A stretch of 63,764 nt of DNA, counting the filler, from Phoronis australis (Eukaryota > Animalia > Phoronida): assembly GCA_002633005.1 (NCBI GenBank). It is 8 parts of 8 records of this genome, joined end to end, with 100 filler letters (N's around TTAATTAATTAA, not from the genome) between each part and the next. Parts side by side here need not be neighbours in the genome. Positions count along the whole stretch, not along the records: positions 30,060 to 58,524 come from NMRA01001211.1; 7 more parts are not named here. One strand, given 5' to 3'. Numbering within the stretch: position 1 is the first letter of the stretch; each line of letters starts with the position of its first letter. The notes beneath the pieces are model-generated. The model ran no database searches. It worked only from the letters and a program-made list of their open reading frames with translations, and was not told where the DNA came from. The position numbers and the translations under genes are program-made. Shown piece after piece: positions 36,810 through 50,479 of the stretch.

Positions 36810-38371
36810 TTAATCCCTTAAATCAATTTCCAATCCTTTAATCGGATTTGATCCATTAGCGTAGTGAAGAAAGTAATCAATATTTCATCAACGTTTATTG
36901 AAACGTTCTTCAATCCATTTATAATGCAATGGACACAATGTTCGGGAGGGTTTTGACCCATTGTGTCCGCTTGATCCAGTGTGTGCGTTTTGAACCACTA
37001 CGTCCATTTCTGCATAATTGATTAAAACGGAGTTAACCGCCAAGGTAATCCATAATAGTGAAATAGTAATTATTTTCAACAGTAAGATAAAGGACCAAAA
37101 CAAACTTAATAAATGAAAATCATTTAAAAGCAAAAATTACATAAATGTGTCAAGACCCCCACACCCACGATCCTTTTCAGTGCAATCATTCCAAACGTAA
37201 TTAATGGCCGTTGGTTATGTATGAAATATATTTAACAATAAAACAATACATCAAAACCAACTTAATGGGAGAAATTTCATTAAAAGGGTAAAAATAGATC
37301 AAATAAGCAAAATGGTCAAAAAAGGATATGATGGTTAAAAATGACATAGTGGGCCAAATGGAACTTAGTGTGTCTCCTGAACATTTCTGTAACTATCAAC
37401 CGCTCCTTAAAACATCTATTTTCTGTCTTTCGTTTCCTGGCTAGAGTTTTTCTTGAAACCGTGTTTTGTCACCGTAGCACATAAAGCAAAAAATATGTAT
37501 AAAATATTTCCATTATTTAAATTTCTTAGAAATCAGGAGGAAAAAATCATCCACTAGTAATAGTTTATAACTCACACACAACAAAACCGTTTTTCAAAAT
37601 ACTGTCCGACATACATCAATTAAAGAAAATTTATGATTTTTCGAACATTATATATTTTATCTCAATCTTAAGAGTCCGACCTGGCCGCTCGACGTGTTCT
37701 TTCTTGTAAAGTATTAATCAATCACAAAAGTTGTTAACTACAACTATTTGCTTTAAACCTACTCATCTAAGCATCCTGGTCCTTACCACGAGTCACACTA
37801 TGCCTATCATGGAGCGGAACTCTTACTGACAGCTCTCCCCAAACCAGCGCACCACAAGAAGTGCACTTACCATCCAACACTGATATTTATACTAAAAACT
37901 GTCCGTGCTAAGTTTGGCGTTGTGTGTATAGTATTTTGTTGAGAGTCGTAGTATTAGTTTGGCTCATGTGGTAAGGGTTTCGCCAATTTTTCAGTCACCA
38001 CTCCTTTGATTAAACCGGAATTTTGCCCTGATTCGATTTCTTAAACTTAAAGTAAGAGTAGGCCTTTCGCTGTCATTTAGCCTGCTTCATAATATTCTTT
38101 ACCGTAATAGGATCCCATTTCCGTTACCAGGCGCCATTTTGAGTACACGAATTTAAGGTTGGCCGTCACTCAGAAGTGGTGGCTAAGGCCATCTCCAGCC
38201 TGAAGCGTTTTCTTCAATAGCTGCAGATGTTCTTGTTGGTAACAGAAGTATACTCCTATGACGTCAAAGAATGAGCGATTTTATATAAATATGTATGTTT
38301 GCCGATATCTCGCTTCATTTTTAGGCATGGGCTCTAAACTGGTGTCAATTATTTAAACCAACTCTGACCTA

Positions 38372-39153
38372 TCATCCTTCTTCAACATGTGCCACTGTTA
38401 TTGTTGGTCGTCGGAGGTGACATGTTTTTCTGATCATTAACAGAACTAAGCCAGAAGCCAGAGTAATGAAGGCAATTGAACTTAAGGCGATGACTGCAGC
38501 TAGTTCACTACCGTCCAAATCCCTAGAACTAGAAATCCCATCGTTTTGTCCTATTTTATTTGATGGCGTTGTAGGCGCGCTTTCTGTAGATATTGCGCTT
38601 ATTGATAAATCTGTTGGTGCCAATGTTGTTGATCTGATGGCTGTTGTAGATGTTGCTGGTTTTGCTGTTATCGTTGCTGTTGTTGTTGTCACGCGCGCCG
38701 ATGTTTGATCTGTTACATTTGATGTCGTTGTCGTGTTAATTGATAAATCTGTTGGCGCCAATGTTGGTGATCTTGTGGCTGTTGCTGCTGTTGTTGATTT
38801 CACGTGGGCTGATGTTTGATCTGTTGTGCTTGAAATCATTCTTGTTCATGCGCTTTGTGCAATTGCCTCTGGTCCTCGTGATGTGATCTTCTGGCTTGTC
38901 AATGAATCTGCTGCAGCTGCTGACGTCAGTGTTTCTGAAGGTGTTTCGACATTTGTTAATGACACCATCTCTTGCAAAACGGATAAAGTGGGATGTGTTG
39001 GTGTTGGCATCGTCGAGGTTGTTGGTTGTGACGGTGGAGGTGTTGTAGTCACCAGCATTGTGGTGCTACTCGGTTCGACAGGTGTTGGTGCGAGTTGGGT
39101 TGTTGTTGGGTGTTGCACCCTTGTTTCATTCTGTTGTTCTGAAATTGCTTTTC
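38372..39153 (-). pseudogene. Mucin-like type I membrane protein exon interrupted by an in-frame TGA (pseudogene, null allele or sequencing error)
   Basis: Acceptor ag at 39155-39154. One frame runs from KAISEQQNETRVQHP through a Thr/Ser/Pro-rich stalk, TGA at 38848-38846, then LDGSELAAVIALSSIAFITLASGLVLLMIRK (TM) and a short tail. Confidence 0.65.
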
Positions 39154-40590
39154 CTTAAAGTTGGAAAATGAAATGCATGAGAAATTGTCAGAAGCAATGT
39201 ATATAGAATGTGTAACTACGAATGCATTCTTATTCACTTTTCTCTTTTAGACACACATCGAACGTTACCACCAAATTTTATCAGGCACTCGACCCGTCTC
39301 CACACAAATACTGACCGTAATATTGGGTAAAGATTCTGAGTTCAAGTCAAGCCTGACACACGATAGGTCACTATTCGAGTGGAGCTTCTGATGAAGTTGA
39401 GTAATTCCGGGACGTAATCTCCATCAACATCACACAACAAGCGCTTGTATAGAAACCAGGCAAATTTAAGCAACTGACATAAGGATGCTATTTTCGAGAT
39501 GTTCCCAATTTTGTCGTCTTTTTTCACTCGCGGTCGATTGTTAATGTGAACAAATTGCGTTTATATAGTTGCCTACCTGCGATTGCTCGGAGAATTCCTG
39601 ATACATAAAGGATACACCTGATCGCAGACTCCAATCTGTCCTAACTGTCCAACGCAGCCCACAGCGAGAACTTGTATGTTAATTAAGATACACTTCATGA
39701 CAATTCACTGCTTTAACAAGATGCTATTAACAACTGATTAAAATGTTTTATTGTTTTACAGTTAATGTTTGCTAATGTTTTAGAAAACAATAGTTTGTTT
39801 TGTTTCTTTATTTTATATCTACATGTATTTTGATATTCATATACACTTATAAAGTATAAGCTACTACAACACATAGCGTTTAAAATTTCTATGAAAATAA
39901 TCATCTAGCAAGTTCACAAGCAATAGTTTGTCGTTGTCGTTTTCTCTTTTGAAACAGCCACTAATACTGCCTTACGTTTATCAGTCACTCAGTTACTTAT
40001 CACGTCAAGGGGTTGATAACTCAGTTGTTGTAGCAACAATGTTACCATAACGTTGGAACACGGCAGGAGATAAATTTTTGACAGGTTCCATCATATCTTT
40101 TCGTATCTTCTTTTTAAAAGCATTTCACATCTTACTTCAGGCTTCCTAGGGTCACCACAGTAGTCTCAAAGTAGGTGAGAAATAAATTTATATTCGACAT
40201 AAGTCCTGCACCGCTTGAACGCAACAATCCGATAATAAAACGTATATACTTAAGCTTGCTAAGGTCATCACAGTAGTCACAAATTCACAACCAGCAACGA
40301 CGGTGCAGCCGCCCCGAGATGAAAAATAAAAAAATATAAAAATTTGTTCGAAATAAATCCTGCACCAGTCGAGCACTGCTTGGACACAACAAATCAATAA
40401 CAAATAGCATATACTTAGGCTTACAGGTCGTTTTCCTCCTAGGGTGACAATATATTTCGATTGGTGTTTCGTGTCCTTTGAGTTGCTAAAAAGAAAGGAA
40501 AGGTTGTCTATGGCAGTTCTGTCATCCAATCAATAGTCTAAATGTTACAGCATCAAACGGCATTCCACTCATTTCAATAGTTATACACAA

Positions 40591-41270
40591 CTACACCTTT
40601 TCTTTGTCTATTTGCAGATGATCTATCTTTTCACTATTTTCATGGCCTTGCAATCGAAACGAATTTCCCTGTTCATTTTCTTTTTCCGGAGACACACCAG
40701 TCTTGCGACACGGCTTCTTGACGAAAAGGATAATAGCACCAGCGACAACCGCAATTCCCGCCAGCACACTGCATACACTGATGGCTGCTATCTCACCGCC
40801 GCTCAGACCTGCTGATGGTTCGTTTGGTGGAATGGTGTTGTAGAGACTTACTGGATTCTGTGTTATAGTGTGGTTTCCAGTTGTCGAGGACGCGCTGGAT
40901 GTCGAAGATGTATTGACATCTCTTATTGTTGAGTTTGGTTCAGATATCACTGTGGATGAGGCAAGTGTAGGCCTAATGCTAGTTTTCAAAGTTGTCGGAA
41001 GTGATACAGTTGTTACTTTGGATGGTGCAGGTGTAATGTTAGTTGTCAAATTTGTTGTGTTTGTTGCATTTGTTACGTTAGATGGTGCACGTGTAATGTT
41101 AGTTTTCAAAGTTGCTGTTGGTTTTGAAGCAGTTGTCATCTTGTGTGTGGTAACGGCAGGGGTATTGCCCGTTGTAGTAGCTAATACAACACGCGGCACT
41201 CTTGAGAGTACAATGAGCAGCATCCCAAATGACCTTGCATCTGCTGCTCCATAAGCGGGTGACGAAAAAA
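40591..41270 (-). CDS. Mucin-like (Thr/Ser-rich) single-pass type I membrane glycoprotein
   Basis: Open frame from the acceptor at 41270 (ATG at 41223). T/S-rich stalk with several N-x-T/S sequons, TM LSGGEIAAISVCSVLAGIAVVAGAIILFV, basic stop-transfer KKPCRK and a ~40-aa tail. Confidence 0.75.
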
Positions 41271-44104
41271 CTACAAAAGAAGATTGAGTTGGGAATTAAA
41301 GTGACAAGAAAGGCGAGAAAGGTACTTTTCTGAGATCAACTCCTCACAACCTCAGCGGCCACAACCCAACACTATGTTGGCAGAGAGATAAAAAAGAGAT
41401 AAACCCCACTTGATAAATGGCAGGTATTTAACAGGTTAAGTCACCGACCTTGGTTTCAGCGAATGGCTGTGAGACGACTTCAAGATATTAGCACTGGTGA
41501 GAAACAACATGACCGCCGGTCCTCTAAATCGGACTGGTATGTCAGGAAACAAGGTCTTCAAAAGGCTACCATCTTTAAAGGGGCTTTTACAACACCTCCA
41601 AAGCTATACGTGCCACTTGCTCTCTCGGGGAATTCATTTTGGCGTTTGAAATAATTTTTTTTTTGCCTGCTTTAAGGAGAAATAAAAGAAGAAAAATCCT
41701 CATTGTTAATTGTTGGTGACATGTTAACGGAGTACCTTCGTTTCAAATTATTCGACTAAGGTCTTCACATATTCTCTACTTGGTGGTGTGGCACCTTTAA
41801 TCTTGATTACCGTGACAATAATGTCGTTTCCATGTAGACTAGCGTGACAACTTGCTTCTGATTTTTTTATTGCGATAGTGGTTTGATAAAAAATATCCGG
41901 GGGATAGTCGACTACATTTTTTGAGATGTGCAGTTGGAAAATTACGATACCCATCCATTTGGAGAGTGGACTACTTAAAAGTTAATTCCGTAATCCTAAC
42001 CCTTTTGTAGAGGTTATTGGCCAGTTTGAAGCAATACAGAAGACATATTTAGAGAAAAATTAGTCGAACTTTTTCAATCAAAGTTTATGAATTCAGATTT
42101 TGTAAAAACTTGCTACAGGTTTTCTAAGTGGAAGAGAAACCTTTTCTTAGGGTTTCATTCGCACACTTTTATAGGGAATCTTGTCAAAAAGTCACGCTGT
42201 GGTAGGGAAAGTAGTGAAAGTAATTCATCGGAGCGGCATGTCCGGTATACTTCTGCTATGAGAGTACCCGCAGAAGAGTATACGTCTTGTTTCCTTGTAA
42301 TTGGGGGCTTTATCTAAGAACGTCCAATCCGAGAGTTCTGATTAGGCAAAGTTGTCTTTCGACTTAATGGTTATCGGACGAAAAACAAGCAATTAAATTT
42401 GTCGGTGACGGATTTCGACTGATATTAAAACTGCCTGTTAACGCAAATATGGTCGATGATTCCCCTAAATCTGGATATTGGCGCAGCGTTACATATAGTG
42501 GGTGAAAGATGTAGGCCTAGCCCCCTACCGGTAAATGAAATTTTTGATTGGTTTCAAATTTGGTCGTAACAAACGAGACAGTTGTCGCTGGTTTGGCGTT
42601 TAAACTAAAAACTTTCTTTTGAAGCCAAGGTCCATCTGGTCACTCATTCAGACAACAAGAAAAGATCCCCGCCCGTCCAAACTCGGCAAACTTTGAGGAC
42701 TTTTGTATTGTGTCAAATTGCGGTTGGCCATACGAAAGGTATCTTAGGGTTGCCAAATATCGACTCCTGATGTAGCCACAAATTACACAACACGTCTTGA
42801 AACCAACGCCATCTTTCGACGTAGCACTTTATAGGCAACGCGTCGTCTGCTGCATCCAAAAGACCAAGTCACAATGAAATAAAGTTGAGGATATTGCAAC
42901 AGCTGTTCAGCTATTGGCTTTCTGCATCTACTGGGGTTTTTAAAAATATACGTTCCGCTGGAGCTTACTGTCAAGATAGTCTTACATGGCTTCTTATTTT
43001 GCCGTAGTTAAGAACTTGTGAGGACTACAAGCAAATATATAACTAGACGGTTGCATCATTGCCTCAGGCAATCAAGGCAGTAGTAGGAAGCGTAACACAA
43101 AATCATTGGGATGGATAAATGGATGTTATCGTCCAGCAATCGACTACAGATGCAGAACCATAAGCTCACATTGTTGGTTATCTGGCTTAGTTTTTGCGTT
43201 GGGTTGAACGGTTTTCTATGAATATGCTTGTTATCTCTGTATATTGCATTTAGTAGCGTGCAATGAAACATTCCTTAATTAAGAAAGTTCGTGTTTGGGT
43301 TGACTTTGACCTGACTGAAATATCTACGCAAAGTAGGCCTACCAGAGTAGGTGGGAGGGTCTCGTCTCAATGTTACGTGATGGTCATTTCGATGCATTTT
43401 CACTGTCAGCAATTCTAAACATGAACAAGGTCATCATAATTTCACATTCGGATTACGGCTATCTCTTTTACATGATTTTGTTATTTCAATATAACAGTTA
43501 CAGTAACAACGACAGCAGTAGCCGTTAAATGTAACCATAACATCGTTAATCTTTTAAACACATCCATTACTTCCTGGTAGCTTAGGCAACTTGTTGTAAA
43601 TGGCTTTTTTATCGAATTCAGACACTTCACTTGAAGACACGGTACGCGTACATCACAATTTTCCCTTTCATTATCAGATACGGTTGTCTGGCATAATATC
43701 CGACAACAACTAAAATTTCATGCTCACATAATTTGCAGTTTAGATTCTCGCAAGGGAACCAGTATGACGCTTTAGGACTGTACACGTGCGGCATGCTCAT
43801 TCGATACATTATTAGACATTTTCCGTAAACACCTTCATATTGGTAAGGCGTTGGTGTTACCAAAAAATTCGCTTGCGCTAAAGACGCTTTTAAAGAGTAA
43901 GACGCCAAATTGGAAGTTTTCTTTTGCAGTAGGGAACTATACAAGGAGGTGCTAAAATCTCGAAATCAAATATCTAATGCGCTGCGTCATCCAAGATTTT
44001 AGGAGAAACCAACTAACGTCGTTGTCTTGGATATTTCTTTTTATTACATAAATATACCATGGTTATAAAATCACATCGAAATGATCTCCATGATAGCAAG
44101 TAGC

Positions 44105-44825
44105 AGCATTTGTTTACAAATACAACGATGGATTTAATTGAGAAACAGTGGACACTTTGCTAGGCCCAACAACAGGCAATGATACAAAGACACAGGCAGT
44201 TACAGAGGCGTATAACAGTAGACTAGGCTAACAATGGAAACCTTTGGTGTGCCAGTTGCTTATTGAGACTGGACTTACACCAACTGACATGTAGAGCATC
44301 ACGACTTTTCAGCTTCCTTGTTGTTTCTGCTTGGTCTATCATAGCAATGTCATTGAAAGAGCACTGCTCATTACAACTAGTGGAGCTCTGTGGATGAATA
44401 TTGGTATGTAAACTTTCAGAATTTAGATATTCCTTTGTCCGTGTTTTCAGAGGGCGATTAGTTTCGCCAATAGAACTGGAGCTACATCCAGATAATTTGG
44501 CGATTTCAATGTTAACAACATAGGGCATTTTAAAATACTTGTAGTTATTATTGTCAAAGGATAAACCAAGCATAAACAACAAGTTGAAAATTCGTGAGGT
44601 TCTACATATCAATAGGTGAAAGCACAATCTCAATAGCCAACTGGCACGCCACAGGTTGTCATTGTTAGTCTAGTCTATTGTTACTCTACTGTAACTAACT
44701 GTGTATGATTATTTGTTGTTGGGCTTAGCAAGAAGGCCACTGTTTTTGCTTGTGAGGATGGTGCTTAACAAACGTCGAAACATGTCAAGCCTATTTAAAT
44801 TCATCGTTGTTTTTATCAACTTGGA
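44105..44825. mobile_element. Penelope-like relic arranged as an inverted pair of 3' ends
   Basis: The minus arm (44530-44105) encodes a GIY-YIG tail: IGETNRPLKTRTKE...KLKSRDALHV...LNKQ. The plus arm (about 44560-44825) is a diverged inverted copy of the same terminal sequence. Confidence 0.8.
44749..44789 (+). ncRNA. Degenerate minimal type I hammerhead ribozyme
   Basis: CTT-GTGAGGA-TGGTGCTTAACAAACGTC-GAAACATGTC-AAG: stem I CTT/AAG, core CUGANGA with the first C changed to G, GAAA, palindromic ACATGT and a GUC site. Confidence 0.55.
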
Positions 44826-47800
44826 AATGAGAACAAAATGAAAAACAACTCACATTACGCGTTATCTATAAATTAGCGTAGGATTTCACATTGAAAAGTA
44901 GTTAGCATTATGTACAATGAAAGCCAGATTTTATACTGTGCCTGATCAGCTTTTAGAAAAACATCAATTTCTAAGTATGTCATTTTTCACTTTTCTCCTC
45001 AGTTTCTTCAAATGCACTTATTATTGAGAATCTCTGCAAAATATATATACATGAAGTTAAACGTAGTAAATATTTACGACAACGTTACACGGAAATTGAC
45101 GACTTGTGTCGATTGAGCTTGGTGTGTGGAATGTAATGATTTTTTGCGCAGTAGATTTGTTAATGATTCATGGTCAGTTTTATCAATGAACTGGTTATTT
45201 ATCTAGACGGGTCGAAGTTGCTGTTCCAACACCTTGACTCTAAGGTAGATGAAATGAAAAATTATATACCGTATTCGTCCGGGTTACTGCCCAGGGCGCT
45301 TAAATTGGGAATCTAAAAAACAGGGGTAAGCCGAGCATGGGCGGTTAAAATCGAAATTTCTGAAAAGTCGGGTGTGGGTGTTTACTGCACAAAGGACCGA
45401 TTTTACCCTCACGGAGCTACACTGACGTCCGACTTCAAGCATGTCAGTTAAAATATACGTCGGCGGATTGAAGTAAAGGACTTCGACGGTTTGAAGTGGA
45501 ATAGCGCACACGATACAGTAGCGCCGTGATCCCGAGCGTGATTGGGTTATTACGTACCTCGGTCGCTGCTCGTCATGTCTTGGAACTAAGGTATTTTTAC
45601 AGATAGACGTGCCTACAGTAGGGCATGTTTCTTGAGAGAAAAGCAAAATCACGAAAGACTACGCTAGATCCTCATGTATAGCTACGGGTAGCAGGTGATT
45701 TTCTAAAGATATGCTGCCGCTTGTTAATTTGGCAACCAAACATGTGTTAATGATTGCCAACCGATCTTTCTTCTAAATACTTTGCACCTAGTTTGAACAA
45801 TGTAACATTTTATATACATTGTATATTTCTTTCGGCGTTGAACAGCCAACACCGACCTCCCAGAATTTGTTCAAAGCGCATGCTCAACAATCGAACGATA
45901 CTACTATTAGGCAATAGGGGTGGCTAGTGGGCTGCGAAAAGCAAAAGCACATCATGTAAAAAGTCAACAGGCAAATCAAGAGTTCAAAAAATAACTTTTT
46001 GACCACGTAGATGTGGATAGAATGTTCGACTTGCGCTTAGTTACAAGTTGATTTCTTGCGCTGTTGCTTTTGGTTGGGCGCTTCCATTTTGGTGTCGGGA
46101 ATGAGTCATTAAAAACATGTGTTTAACGAAGACACGGAAGAATGGCCCGTATCTGCTTGTATTCAAAACAATGCGTCCAAAATAAAGTCGATGTAATTTT
46201 CAGAATCGTAGGTTATTTTTTAGCCGAGTGTACTCGTGTTTTTTTTTTCATTTCATTGCACTGGGTGGTGATGTTTCGTGTACTGTCAGGGGAATCCAGA
46301 AAGGGAGGCCACGGACTTGAAATTCTTGTCAAATACCGCTTTGTTGGTTCTTCCACTGTAATGAAATACATTCGACAAGTGCTGTCTCAGTGATCAGTAC
46401 ACGCTAACACGAGTTCCACGCTTGAGCCAAAGGAAACAATTGTGTCTCCTTCAGTAAAAAGAGTGAGAAGACGGGTATTTTACAGCCATAGTAAGGCAAG
46501 TTCCCGGTCCCGCTAAAACTGATCAATGTCATTGAAAGGTAACCGAGTTGCGCACGTTTTGGAATTTTAGTTCACAAGTGGCTCATGTAGCCGCCCAAGT
46601 TTCGTTCATAGGTGCGAGAGCTATCCTTTGTATAAGTGCATGTCTTAAAATGATATTTCCTGCATATCATTCCATTATTGGTACTTTTCAATTTAATAAT
46701 CATGGTTAAATTGAATTCAGGTCCATTTTGTAACGAATAACTTTACTTTGACTCACATGATATTCTAAAAGGGCGCAGATTCACTTTTTAAAATGTTTAT
46801 TACGAAAAATATGACATGCAATAATTGGAGTAGAAACGAGAAAAAGCGCTAGTAAACATTATTTCTGGGCTTCAGTTTTACAAGCGGCAGGCACTGAGAT
46901 AAGATGCCTGACATGCTTGGATTTTGAAGAAAGTAGAGACAGAGGTCCAATGTAAATGATAGACCATCGGACACTTTTACAGATGTATCAACAAACTACC
47001 AAAATGGAGAGCATGAATATACCCGTATGAACGAGACCAGTTCCCGAGGAAAGAAATTTACCCTCGTAGAATAAGCAATAGCAAACACGTAATTTGGCGT
47101 ATACCGCTAGCGGAAACATTTCGCCAAAACGGACAGTATTAAGTAGCAATTGCGTCTGAGCCTCTGAGTTAGTTTTTCAGCTAAGACCAAAATCCTAAAT
47201 ATGTCAATTTCGACATACTTTCTTAGTGCATATATAATATTTGACTCTAATCCCTAAGCACCTTTTTAAAATTACATAATCGGTGTCAAGGTCGTGTAAA
47301 TGAGACCAGGACCCAATACGATGTGAAACCCACGATCTCAGTGGCAGCAGTCCGACATTTTGCTAGTACAGTTACATGGCACGCAGCCGAGTATTTTAAA
47401 CGTCAAAATCTCTGGCCTTGATTTCACTTACTCTATTGAATGGCGGGAAGCCAAAGTCGGGAACTGGCGATTTCGAACGCTAACACAAAAAACAACAATT
47501 TTTGCTGTTTTATAGCTCTGATCAAAGCGAATAACTTCAAAACGTCTGCCCTACCAAACAGTAATTCTGGAAATGCGTTTTGATGCTGGTACCGTTTGAC
47601 TATGATGTTATTTCATCAAAATGGGCATTGTGTTCATAATGAATTAACACTCCGTTTCTGACCTCTTTATACCATTGTAAAATACGATTAGATGGCTTAC
47701 TTGATATTGACATTAATTGGCACAAGTTGACGGGTTGACCAAACCTGATAAACTGGTGGCTTTTTGACTCTCCTTTAACTTGCCGACAATGGACGATGTA

Positions 47801-50479
47801 TTTGGGGTGTCAATCATTTTAAAATGATGTGGATAGGTAACGTAATAGTTCTTGGCTTTAAATGGCCAGATTGAGAACAAAGGAAATGCCCCATTAACGG
47901 GTCGTATTCTTTGGATCAAACAGATACAGAATTTTATGTTCATATTCAAGCAACCTCCGTTATCTCATATTCAAGCAATCTCCGTTATTGACTAGTGTTC
48001 TCTCACAGTAGCAAAAAAACCTAAAATTCACGTCGAATTGCATTTGTTTCTGCTGAAAACAAACATGCATCATTTATCTTCATTTCTTGGAAATTATGAA
48101 CACAAAGCAGGCGATACACTTACTTTTGTGTGTGATTAATTTATCTTATTCCATCTCCGGTTACTAATTATTATTAGTATTTGACTAGTATGTGTATTTT
48201 TTCCAACTCCCACTTGTTGCCGCTTTTGGTGTAATTCGTTTCCGGTCTGCATTTTATAAGAGTTATATTATGTGCAATTTCTAAACCCTTGGAACCCTAA
48301 AGAGAAGTTGTCTTCAAACAACATTTCCACATTTTACTGTTAATTAAAAGTAACCACCCCTATCGCCAATTTAAATTCCTAATTTTAAATTATGCTGTGA
48401 GATAGTAAAGTAGCGTAAAACGTGAAATACAAAGTAAATTGCACTATTAAAAGTGGTTCTTTGTCACTGAAAATGTGACCTTTGACGTAAGATTTAAATA
48501 AACCAATGATGATTTCAAACAGAAGTCATTCTGACATCTTTGAGCGCATACGCGCATATATATTTGGCTGAAAGAGTTTTCATTTCGTCTGTGTTTCAAA
48601 AAACAGCAAATCTGTCGATTTTTAGGAACTCGCGCAATATTCAAACTTAATAACTTTTCCGTTAGCATCCACTTACAAGTAGGTTCGCCACAATCTGTGT
48701 AAAAGCTACTTTACGAGTTTTGCCTTCCATGCCAGAAGACGTCGTTAGGACCGTGAAATCTAGTAGTCCGGTCGTGTGGGATATGTGGCAATTTGTGACG
48801 GTAAGTCATCACGCTTATCTAAAGAGTGATCCGACCGCAAACTAGTCCGGACTAAAAAACGCTATAATTGCTAAAGAATTTCAGTTAGCGACACATTACA
48901 TGAGTCTTCCGCTTTTCATCTGCGCGCACAAACCAGTTAATTACTTTACGGTTGTCTATGTTCCCAGAGGAAACTTTTTCGTTCCATTGAAACACCTAAA
49001 TGTACAAATTACCCGAGATTTGTATATTACATGTCTGAAAAATACCACTTGAAATGAAATAAATATTTACAATACCTGTATTAAAGACAAGAGCAAGAAG
49101 TAAGGCCTTCATTTTTTCGTTGTCTGGGGGTCTTTAGCAAACTGTCAGTAACGTGTCATCTTTTTAATTCATCTGGCAAAACTCTAATTTCTTTGAATTT
49201 CTTCTCAACTTCCTACTTGGATACGGCAACTAGGTTGTTGTTTTATCATCCAATATCTTTCTGATATACTAGGTATGTCAATTTTTGCTCTTATATAGTG
49301 GCAGATGCCTTTATCTTATTAGGGATGGTGAGTACAGCGCTGATTAGGCTATCAGTGAATACCGGAAGCCTACTTAAGCCGTTCTTAAACTTTATCGTAA
49401 TCTATTTTGCCCGGGGTACAACACGAGCTATGTTGCAGAGTAAAACAAGAGGAGGATTGCGAATATTGTCATTTATTATGACGTAAATAGATAAAACTAA
49501 CTAAGACTCTGCAAGATGGGCATGGACAAAACGCCCACCGGCGTGGATAATGAATAGCCCTGAAAGAGGGAACAAAACAAAGAGCTGCCTGAAGGGCTGA
49601 AAGGAAAAGTACAGAACATGAACACAAAACTTGAAAAAACCTAACAGGAAATGTATATGAGCAAAGAGAAAGTGGAACCGACACCCGGGATGGAGGGTGG
49701 GGAAAAAATGAAGAGAACGAACGTAGGTCTTGTAGACGACGAGGTAGGTGGCTGAATGAGAGACCACGTTGAACTGAACAAAGGAAATATGGGCGACCAA
49801 TCAGGAGTCGCGTAGAGAAACGTATGAATACAAAAGTAGGCCCTTGAGGATATAAATAGAGATGAGTAATGCAAAATAAACCCTAAGGACTAAAGAAACA
49901 AGTGTCAAAATAATGACGATAAATGCATTTAACAAGTTAAATTTAATTTATCGTAATCTATTTTGCCCGGGATACGCCACGAGCTATGTTGCAGAGTAAA
50001 ACAAGAGGAGGATTACGAATATTGTCATTTATTATGACGTAAATAGATAAAACTAACTAAGACTCTGCAAGATGGGCATGGACAAAACGCCATAATGGCA
50101 GCACGGGAATGCTGACATCGCCCATCCGAGGAAGCGGAACCCGGGCAATAACAAGGTTAGACTATGATAAAACATAGGTACTAACAACGGTATAACAGAA
50201 AACTAGAATACATAAGTCTAGAATATAAAAAACAAGAACATAACGAACTGGAAGTAAAGGTAACTAGAACTAATGACTAGAAATTGAAGCCTGCAACTAC
50301 AGGCCTTGGGCCACAGGCTGCAACAACAGACCTGCGAAAGGGAGGAGGCCGGCTGCAACAACAGACCTGACCTAGGGGGCTGAAACCACAGACCCAGAGG
50401 AGTGGGAGGGGCTGAAAAGCAAAGTGAGAGAAGTGGGGAGCTGCAACAACAGGCTCACCAGGAGTCCAAGAAGCCTGGG

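Noticed and set aside
38846-38848. Selenocysteine codon
   Set aside because: It lies in a low-complexity stalk with no redox motif, and no SECIS was recognised by eye.
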